DNA of 64,000 nucleotides. It comes from an uncultured Verrucomicrobiae bacterium (GTDB lineage Bacteria; Verrucomicrobiota; Verrucomicrobiia; Chthoniobacterales; UBA10450). The DNA is taken from contig CAWFGO010000001.1 in NCBI GenBank assembly GCA_963815455.1, forward strand, positions 928,001 through 992,000. Direction: 5' to 3'. This document shows positions 30,009 through 37,351 of the stretch, in pieces (position 1 is the first letter of the stretch; every line of letters begins with the position of its first letter). The notes beneath the pieces were generated by a model, which was not told the DNA's origin, made no database searches, and was given only the letters and a program-made list of their open reading frames with translations. The translations under genes and the position numbers were made by a program.

Positions 30009-30815
30009 TCAGCGCCCGGCGGGCGCAGTCACTGCCAGCGTCGTCTGGCGCTGTTTCAACAGGTCGCGATAGCGCAAAACACCATCGGTGATGGCGGCGG
30101 CAAGTTGCTCGCGGTACTCGGCATTCCCCAATTTTGCGATGTCCTCCTTATTGCTGAGAAATCCACCCTCGACCAGGACGGCCGGGCGAATCACGTTAGC
30201 GATCACAAAAAATTGCCGGGGCTTCGCTCCCCGATCGACAGCTCCGGTTCGCGCGACGACTGCTTCCTGAATAAAACCGGCCAGGCTTTGGCTTTCCAAA
30301 TTGGGGGCTTCGCCGGCACTTGGCGGCGACAAAAACGGAATCCACGAAATCAGCGACGACGCCGGCGCGATCTGATGATCCGCGTAATATGTTTCCACTC
30401 CGCTGGCCAGGGGACGTTCGCCTTCGTTAAAATGAATGCTAACAAAAATGCAGTCGCGGGCGCGGTTGGCGAACCGGACACGATCGGCCAGCGAAATGAA
30501 CGCGTCGTCGTAGCGCGTCATCAAGGTGGCTACGCCTTCGGCCGCCAATAGTCGATCGACCCGCTGGGCCACGTCCAAGGTCAGGTCCTTCTCCAGGACT
30601 GTTCCGCACATCGCGCCGGAATCCTCACCGCCATGGCCGGGATCGAGGATCACCATTTCGACCGATCCCCGCAACGGAGACGAGCGCGCAATTCCTTGTC
30701 TGCCCTGTGGCGTCGGCATCGACACAATCCAGACAAAAGAGACCACCATCAGCAACAGCCCGATCCACGCCGCTGTGTCTCGCATCGACCGCCCGGTCCG
30801 AAGTCGCCGCAACAT
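30009..30815 (-). CDS. N-acetylmuramoyl-L-alanine amidase (Amidase_3)
   Basis: LDPGHGG, EK, FVSIHFN and VLVEGGF motifs; N-terminal TM segment. Confidence 0.95.
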   Translation of the reverse strand: MLRRLRTGRSMRDTAAWIGLLLMVVSFVWIVSMPTPQGRQGIARSSPLRGSVEMVILDPGHGGEDSGAMCGTVLEKDLTLDVAQRVDRLLAAEGVATLMTRYDDAFISLADRVRFANRARDCIFVSIHFNEGERPLASGVETYYADHQIAPASSLISWIPFLSPPSAGEAPNLESQSLAGFIQEAVVARTGAVDRGAKPRQFFVIANVIRPAVLVEGGFLSNKEDIAKLGNAEYREQLAAAITDGVLRYRDLLKQRQTTLAVTAPAGR

Positions 30816-30825
30816 GATCCGTCTC

Positions 30826-31605
30826 CTACTTGTTGATTAACGCACGCGCTTCGTCATCCGACAAGGCACGATACCGAATCGCCCTGCCCGAGTCGCGCTC
30901 CAACACTCCAGCTTCGATACCCATCCTGGCAAGTTGCTCCTGTCGATGCTCGGCGAGCGCGGCCCGTTGCGGTAATTCTTTCACGCCATCTTTTTGTAAT
31001 GCCATGTGCCCAATGCTCCAGACATCGATCGCAGAGCTCAATGCCGCCGCCAGCGTCGCACCCGGTGCATGCTCCGTTTTCAGAAACGTTTCCATCAGCT
31101 CGGCTGATTGTCGCGTCCCGCTCAGAACAGCGAAATCCTGTCGGGTCTCGACAAAGGTTCCACCGTTAGTGGCGATCGCGCCGTCGTAATCAACTCGCAA
31201 AAACAAATCGTCCTCAGCGCGCGCGCCGACTTCAGCAAAAAGCATTCGGGCCAGATAAGGCGCCCCGTAAACCTGTTCGAAAGCGCTTTTCATCGCCGGG
31301 CTCAAGGAATAATGGGCCAGCCGGCGCAGAGAAACATCCGCCGCCGATCGGGTGAAACCTTCCGTGCTGGCCAGTTCGATCGCGGCCATGCGCAGTCGCT
31401 CGATATCACCGGGATGACCGATCGCCCCCATGGCAATGCGATCGTAGATCTCGAAAATTTTCTGACCGGCCCGGCCAAGCGTGAGAAACAGAATGCCGTC
31501 GCTGTAACCGACCGCCGCAATTGGACTGCCCGAAGCCAACTGCGTCTCGATGTACTCGCGACGATTGGCAATCGCTTCAACCCAACGATAAGGTTCTTCG
31601 ATCAT
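30826..31605 (-). CDS. prcA: 20S proteasome alpha subunit
   Basis: KIFEIYDRIAM and PY..RMLFAEVG; ATGA overlap with prcB. Confidence 0.88.
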   Translation of the reverse strand: MIEEPYRWVEAIANRREYIETQLASGSPIAAVGYSDGILFLTLGRAGQKIFEIYDRIAMGAIGHPGDIERLRMAAIELASTEGFTRSAADVSLRRLAHYSLSPAMKSAFEQVYGAPYLARMLFAEVGARAEDDLFLRVDYDGAIATNGGTFVETRQDFAVLSGTRQSAELMETFLKTEHAPGATLAAALSSAIDVWSIGHMALQKDGVKELPQRAALAEHRQEQLARMGIEAGVLERDSGRAIRYRALSDDEARALINK

Positions 31606-32432
31606 GCCACCGTTCTCTCGAATACCGCCGCGATCTGTTCTTCGGGCATCGTCTTGATCCCCTCGCCCGAAACAATCTTGATCAGGGGATAAATCTTTCC
31701 ACTGCGATCGACCCCGCCCGTGGCCGTGTCCGATTCGGCCGCCGTATCCAAGGCGCGCAACGCCACCGTGATTGCCTCTTCTTCGCTCCGCTCCTGCAAC
31801 GGCCTGGCCCCCCAATGATTTTCGTAATAGAGAATGCCGCGCACCGCCGGCGATCCCGACCCGGTCGCAGCATAATCGGCCACCTCAAATTGCGCTCCCA
31901 TCGCGTCGTAGAAATAAAGACGCCCCCCAGGTTTTGCGCTGGAATCGTAGGTGGCAAAAATTGGCACCACCATTCCCAGGCCCTGCAAGGCCAGGCCGAA
32001 ATTGTCTCGCAACAATTTCGAAAGCGCGCGCACTTTTCCATCCACGCTCATCTCCTGCAATTGGGTTCGCCGAAAATATTGGAACGAATGTTCGAGCACC
32101 CGCGCCATCTCCCAGGCCGTCGCCGGCACGCCGGCAATGGCCATGATAGAATGTCGATCGATCTCGAGAACTTTATCGGCTCGATCGTAAACCACCGTGT
32201 TCCCCGACGTGGCCCGCCGGTCTCCGGCGACTAGAACGCCGCCGGAAAACTTGAACGCCAAAATCGTCGTCGCTTCGGTGGGCGCCCAAGGCCGGTGATC
32301 GGATGCCGTTCCTCGGGCGGCAGGATCGACAATCGTCGCCTGGCCGAGCAATCCTTTGCGCCGAAGAAGCGCGGGAAACTCCTCGCCCGCGCCAGAAAAA
32401 TTCTGGTCCAGTCCCACGGGGCCCGCTTCCAT
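31602..32432 (-). CDS. prcB: 20S proteasome beta subunit
   Basis: Propeptide then TTILAF, AGDRRAT, ATGSGS and D.ATGG motifs. Confidence 0.93.
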   Translation of the reverse strand: MEAGPVGLDQNFSGAGEEFPALLRRKGLLGQATIVDPAARGTASDHRPWAPTEATTILAFKFSGGVLVAGDRRATSGNTVVYDRADKVLEIDRHSIMAIAGVPATAWEMARVLEHSFQYFRRTQLQEMSVDGKVRALSKLLRDNFGLALQGLGMVVPIFATYDSSAKPGGRLYFYDAMGAQFEVADYAATGSGSPAVRGILYYENHWGARPLQERSEEEAITVALRALDTAAESDTATGGVDRSGKIYPLIKIVSGEGIKTMPEEQIAAVFERTVA

Positions 32433-32608
32433 TATTGCCCCGTGCGCTGCCGGTAGCGCTTGGACTGGTTCGGATCGACCTTGCGCATTTTCTTCAAAAG
32501 ATCCTTGGTGTCGGGCCTGGAAATGTCCGGCGAACGCGGCCCGCCGCCATCGCCTTGTTTAGGCCCCCATGGCGCCGGATCCATCGGCTTTTGAATGCGC
32601 TCAGGCAT
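32432..32608 (-). CDS. ubact: UBact (Pup-analogous ubiquitin-like tag), 58 aa
   Basis: Manual translation MPERIQKPMDPAPWGPKQGDGGGPRSPDISRPDTKDLLKKMRKVDPNQSKRYRQRTGQ; RTGQ end; TAATG overlap with prcB. Confidence 0.9.
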   Translation of the reverse strand: MPERIQKPMDPAPWGPKQGDGGGPRSPDISRPDTKDLLKKMRKVDPNQSKRYRQRTGQ

Positions 32609-32756
32609 GGTAAAAAATTAAAGCCAAATGCTTGAAAGGCAAGCTGGCGAATCGCGGTCCTCTTCGCTTCAGGACGCTCTGGTGTGGCACGCGGTGCCCT
32701 CCCAATTGCCGAGGACGCTTGCCAGATAAACACGCCGGTGCCAACATTGTCGAGGA

Positions 32757-33242
32757 ATGAAGCTGGTCCGTGTATTTGTTGGCATTTTCGCTTTTGGTCT
32801 GTCGTTCGTTTCAGCCCAAACCTTTACTCCCACTCCGGCCAGAGACATTCCGGCCAAACCAGCGTCGGCGGAAAGTTTGCAACTCCAGGCTTTGACCAAA
32901 AAAATCGCGGAGCAAAACGCGAAGATCGACATCCTTTCCCAGCAAATTCTTAAGCTCGAGCAGCAGCTTACGCACATGCGTCCGGGAGTCATGATCGGTG
33001 AAGCCGAACGATCGGCGGCAACGTCCGCACCGGCGGCAACGCCCATGCCGCGCCTGCCAGGAATAACTACGCATACCGTAGCGCGCGGAGAGACGCTGAC
33101 CTCTATCGCCAAAGTTTATGGCGTTTCAGTGAGCGAACTGCAGCACTTCAATCGCATCGAGGACCCGCTGAAGTTGCGTGCAGGTCAGACGCTCATGATT
33201 CCCCCGCCGGCGACGCCCGTTTCGTCATCGTCAGGCGAGTGA
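32757..33242 (+). CDS. Exported LysM domain protein with coiled coil
   Basis: Signal peptide; HTVARGETLTSIA..N..LRAGQTLMIP. Confidence 0.92.
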   Translation: MKLVRVFVGIFAFGLSFVSAQTFTPTPARDIPAKPASAESLQLQALTKKIAEQNAKIDILSQQILKLEQQLTHMRPGVMIGEAERSAATSAPAATPMPRLPGITTHTVARGETLTSIAKVYGVSVSELQHFNRIEDPLKLRAGQTLMIPPPATPVSSSSGE

Positions 33243-33245
33243 TCG

Positions 33246-33815
33246 ATGGAACAGCCGTCGAACCAGCACTGGTTTTTACGCAAACACGGCGACGGCAGCA
33301 TTTTTGGCCCGCTGTCGTTCGAGCAACTCGCCCTCTGGGCATCGACTGCGCAAATCGCGCCGCATGATTCGCTCTCCACCGATCAGCAATCGTGGATCAA
33401 GGCACCCATGTTATCCCATCTCGGGATGGATTGGCTGGTTGAGATTACCAGCGAACATTACTACGGACCGACCACCCTCGGGGCCATCCAGGAATTCATC
33501 CGGCTCGGCGAGATCAACGAAGACACCTTCGTCATCAACACGTGCGATGGAACTCGCCGCCAGATCCAGGAAATGCCTTCGTTACTCGAAATGGCCCGAG
33601 CCGAGGCGGACGCCGACACGATCGAAAATGAATCGTTGCCCGCCAATGAGCCTGCCGCCACCGGCATTTCGATTCGGCTCCAGGAACGTATCCGCGATCT
33701 CGAACAGGCCCTGCGCGAAGAACGCCGCTCACTCATGGAAGCGGAGCAACGGTACCAGGAGCTTGAACAAAAATACCTCGAACTGGCCCAGCAGGTTTCC
33801 GAGCCGGCCGGGTAA
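33246..33815 (+). CDS. Tandem GYF_2-like domain protein with C-terminal coiled coil
   Basis: Two W...(F/Y)GP...I..D repeats. Confidence 0.65.
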   Translation: MEQPSNQHWFLRKHGDGSIFGPLSFEQLALWASTAQIAPHDSLSTDQQSWIKAPMLSHLGMDWLVEITSEHYYGPTTLGAIQEFIRLGEINEDTFVINTCDGTRRQIQEMPSLLEMARAEADADTIENESLPANEPAATGISIRLQERIRDLEQALREERRSLMEAEQRYQELEQKYLELAQQVSEPAG

Positions 33816-33821
33816 ATATTC

Positions 33822-33903
33822 TGCCAGGGAGGGGACTCGAACCCCTAAGGATTGCTCCACCAGATCCTAAGTCTGGCGCGTCTGCCAATTTCGCCACCCT
33901 GGC
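33822..33903 (-). tRNA. tRNA-Leu(TAG)
   Basis: GCCAGGG/CCCTGGC acceptor stem, CCAGA-CTTAGGA-TCTGG anticodon arm, long variable arm, GGTTCGAGTCC; CCA not encoded. Confidence 0.96.
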
Positions 33904-33955
33904 GCGAGTGTAAGGAATGTTTATCGGAAGCGACCAATCTGCAAAGGCCCTGCTT

Positions 33956-34279
33956 ATGAAAATCAATAATTCTCGCTTCGATAGTTTGGTCGCTCGATAT
34001 TATCCCGCGGTTTATGGAATGGCCGTCAGGCTGACCGAAGATCCGCGTGAAGCCGTTGCGCTTACTGCCCAGCGTGCGCGGCCCGAAAATCATCGCCGAT
34101 ACCAATGGCCGGTATCGCGACGAACCGGCGCGCTCGAAGGCTCGGCCAAAACCCAGTGTGACGAACACATCGGAACATTTCTGGCCAGCCTCATGCCCGG
34201 CGATCGCAGCCCGAGCCCGGCTTCCGTTGGGCGCGCGCCCGCTCCGGAGGAAGCTGCTTGCCTCGTTGAAGCCGCCTGA
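33956..34279 (+). pseudogene. Sigma-70 region 2-like fragment followed by unrelated sequence
   Basis: FDSLVARYYPAVYGMAVRLTEDPREA resembles an ECF sigma N-terminus; similarity ends at about 34065. Confidence 0.45.
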
Positions 34280-34501
34280 TGAATTAGATGTACCTCGACG
34301 CCTCCGACAACTGCAATGGCATCGACAAGCAGATCGAGGCTCGCCCGCCCGCGCAGCAATCGCAAGATCGACAACGTTCTTCGTCGCGCCTACCGAAGAT
34401 TCGACAGAAGCAAGGAAACTGAAAGACTATTGCGACGATATCTCATCGCGTAGCGGCGAACGGCACGACCGGCGCCGGGCTCGACAACCGACGAAACGCA
34501 G

Positions 34502-35140
34502 CTATTCCAGGCCGGTCGAGCCATCTAGGTTCCAGCTTGGTTTGCCGGAGGCAACCGCGCGTGCCGCCATTTCCGCCGGAACCCTGTCATTCAGCGCGCG
34601 ATAGCGAACCCCACCTTCGTAAGCGTAAAGCGGAACGTATTTGTTACGCCTTTCCTTTTGGAGCCTGACCGCATGCCGGCTGAATGTCGGATCGAGAACA
34701 TACCTTCCGTTTGTGGTCTCCCATTCCAACCAGGCATGGGTAAACCAATCACCGGCCCGGCGCCTGCCGATGATCAAACGAAAATCCGTGGCACCGATCT
34801 GACGCATGATTTGGTAAAGAGTCACCGCCTTGCCCTTGCAATCCGCCCTCTTCGTCAGACCAACCTCAGCCGGCGTCTTCCATTCTTTTGAATATCGATA
34901 GGGAATCCGGCGCAGCCGGCTCATCCATTGATTGACAACCGCCAGAGAAACTTCGTCGGCCGGCTCAGCTTCAACCGCGGCCAGGATCGGTTGCACACGC
35001 AGCATCTGACGATCGTAAGGTGTGGAGTCGACCACAAACAATATCGGGCGGGCCAATGCGGTAGATGCCAGGCCGACAACCGCCAGGAGTGATAAATGAA
35101 AGCACTTGAATCGTCGGGATGAGAGCGATTTCCGGACCAT
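34502..35140 (-). CDS. Exported transglutaminase-like cysteine peptidase
   Basis: W.TP.E, ADCKGKA, HAWL and YVLDPT motifs. Confidence 0.8.
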   Translation of the reverse strand: MVRKSLSSRRFKCFHLSLLAVVGLASTALARPILFVVDSTPYDRQMLRVQPILAAVEAEPADEVSLAVVNQWMSRLRRIPYRYSKEWKTPAEVGLTKRADCKGKAVTLYQIMRQIGATDFRLIIGRRRAGDWFTHAWLEWETTNGRYVLDPTFSRHAVRLQKERRNKYVPLYAYEGGVRYRALNDRVPAEMAARAVASGKPSWNLDGSTGLE

Positions 35141-35300
35141 GACGCTCTCATAAAGCAGTGCCCATGCCGCGCGGATTGGCTGGTCAGGTAGATAAAAAAG
35201 CAGACGGCATTTTGCAGCATCGACAACGGACAGGCTCGAAAACCATTGCGCGATCCCCAGTTGGGCTGGCACTGTATTCTACGTCAACCAAGAGGTAAGG

Positions 35301-37337
35301 ATGACCGCAGAAAGGGTGACTTTTTATTCTCCCACGCTGGTGCCGGCATTGCACCGCATCCAGCGACAGTTCGGCTATCTAAAGCCGGAGGCCCTCGAGG
35401 AGTTTTCCAAAGAAACGGGCGTGCCGCAGTACCGGCTTCAAGCAGTAGCCAGTTTCTTCCCTCATTTTCTGCTCACTCCTCCTAAGAAAGTTGTGTTGCG
35501 GGTCTGTCGCGATTCGTCCTGCCATTTGGCCGGCTCGGGGAGGATGCTGCGAGAACTGGATGCCTTGACGAGCGAACACGTTGCGATTGAGGGAGTGTCG
35601 TGTCTGGGCCGATGCGATCGAGCGCCGGCAGCGTGCGTCGCGATGCAGGGCCGCGAGCACGATAACTATTATCTCGGCCGATCAGTTGATGAATTAAGGA
35701 CGGTCGTTGCCGCGACTCTCGCTGGTGCGCCGCCAGCGCCAGATCGAGATACGGATCACATCTCGGTGAACGACGACGCCGTGATCGACCCCTACAAAGG
35801 AGAGTCACCCGATTATCGCGCGGTGCGCGCGGCGATAGCGGCGCGCGATGCCTCGCTGAACGGAGCCATCGAAATTCTAAAATCGAAGGCGGGATGGACT
35901 CCGGGAATGCTCGACAACTTCCGGGCCGCGGCCATTCGCCAAATGCGCGTTGATTTCGAATTGGCTCCCCCTGTTCGCGAAGCCGTGCGTCATTGGCAGA
36001 CAGAAAATGACTGGGCCAAAGGTCCGGAGTTGGGCGGCTGGTCCGACATCATTCTTGATGAGATCAAGGAGGCCGATCTCCGTGGACTGGGCGGCGCAGG
36101 AATCCCGGCAGTGCAAAAGTGGCGGGATGTACGCGATGCCGTGCGCACGGCCCGGCTGCGGGAGGAAGACGATCGCGCGTTTATTGTGGTCAATGGCGAC
36201 GAGAGCGAGCCGGGCACATTCAAAGATCGCGAGCTTCTGCTTCGCACTCCTCACCTGATCGTGGAAGCGGTGATCCTGGCGGGCATGATGACCGAGGCCA
36301 CTCAAGGTTTCATATATATTCGCCATGAATACACCGAGCAGATCGAGGCCTGTCGGGCCGAGATTCGCCGGGCGGAGCAGCTCGGCTTTTGCGGCGAAAA
36401 CGCGGCCTCGATTGGACGGCCCTTTCTCGTTTCCGTATTCGTTAGCCCGGGCGGTTATATTTGCGGCGAACAGAGCGCGCTCATCGAGGCCATGTCGGAT
36501 CGGCGTGGCGAGCCGCGAAACATGCCGCCGAAATTGGAGACCAACGGCCTGGAGGACCTTCCCACACTGGTGAGCAACGTGGAAACATTTGCCTGGGTTC
36601 CGTTTATCTGTCTCAACAGCGGAAAAGCATACGCGGAACAGGGAGCGAATAGCTGGAAAGGGCGGCGATATTTTTCTGTCTCGGGCGACGTCAAGCGTCC
36701 GGGTGTTTACGAAGTGCCGATGGGGATGACGCTGCGAGAGTTGATTTACGGCGAGAAATATTGTCAGGGCATCGCGGGCGATAAACAGCTCAAGGGGTTC
36801 GCGCCTTCGGGCCCATCCGGCGGATTTCTGCCGGCGAAACTCAAGGCGAACAAGGGTCTGCCTCGCGATCTTGAAAATAATAAGAGCTGGCAGGCGTTGG
36901 CGGGGCGGCGCGGTCTCAATCCGGTCTCGACCGAGCTCGACATTCTCGATCTCGAGCTGGAGCTAAATCTTTTCCGAGCCTTAAGCCCCACTCAGGCATT
37001 GGGCGCCGGGCTGGTCGTCTACTCGGAAGATCGAGATATGGCCGAGCAAGCCGTAAATTCCGTGGAATTTTTTCGCAATGAATCGTGCGGCAAATGTGTG
37101 CCCTGCCGGCTGGGATCGCAGAAGCTGGCGTCTCTCGGATCGCATCTACTCAACGGAAAGATTGCCGAGCAACACTGGAACGACGAAATTTTTCCAATGA
37201 TTAAAGAGATGGGGCGAGCGATCGAACTGGCCTCGATTTGCGGACTGGGGCGATCGGTCCCGGTGCCTCTCACGACAACCGCCGCCTTTTTCGAAGAAGA
37301 CGTGACCAAGCATCTCTCGACAGGATCGGGAGCCTAA
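35301..37337 (+). CDS. NuoE-NuoF fusion (NAD(P)H dehydrogenase flavin module)
   Basis: CRDSSC..CLGRC [2Fe-2S]; LRGLGGAG, NGDESEPGTFKDR, YICGEQSAL, ESCGKCVPCR..SICGLG. Confidence 0.92.
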   Translation: MTAERVTFYSPTLVPALHRIQRQFGYLKPEALEEFSKETGVPQYRLQAVASFFPHFLLTPPKKVVLRVCRDSSCHLAGSGRMLRELDALTSEHVAIEGVSCLGRCDRAPAACVAMQGREHDNYYLGRSVDELRTVVAATLAGAPPAPDRDTDHISVNDDAVIDPYKGESPDYRAVRAAIAARDASLNGAIEILKSKAGWTPGMLDNFRAAAIRQMRVDFELAPPVREAVRHWQTENDWAKGPELGGWSDIILDEIKEADLRGLGGAGIPAVQKWRDVRDAVRTARLREEDDRAFIVVNGDESEPGTFKDRELLLRTPHLIVEAVILAGMMTEATQGFIYIRHEYTEQIEACRAEIRRAEQLGFCGENAASIGRPFLVSVFVSPGGYICGEQSALIEAMSDRRGEPRNMPPKLETNGLEDLPTLVSNVETFAWVPFICLNSGKAYAEQGANSWKGRRYFSVSGDVKRPGVYEVPMGMTLRELIYGEKYCQGIAGDKQLKGFAPSGPSGGFLPAKLKANKGLPRDLENNKSWQALAGRRGLNPVSTELDILDLELELNLFRALSPTQALGAGLVVYSEDRDMAEQAVNSVEFFRNESCGKCVPCRLGSQKLASLGSHLLNGKIAEQHWNDEIFPMIKEMGRAIELASICGLGRSVPVPLTTTAAFFEEDVTKHLSTGSGA

Positions 37338-37351
37338 CTAAACCAAACCAA

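Noticed and set aside
33822..33903. tRNA-Leu as a prophage or island attachment site
   Set aside because: No integrase is present and I found no duplicate of the tRNA 3' end in the window
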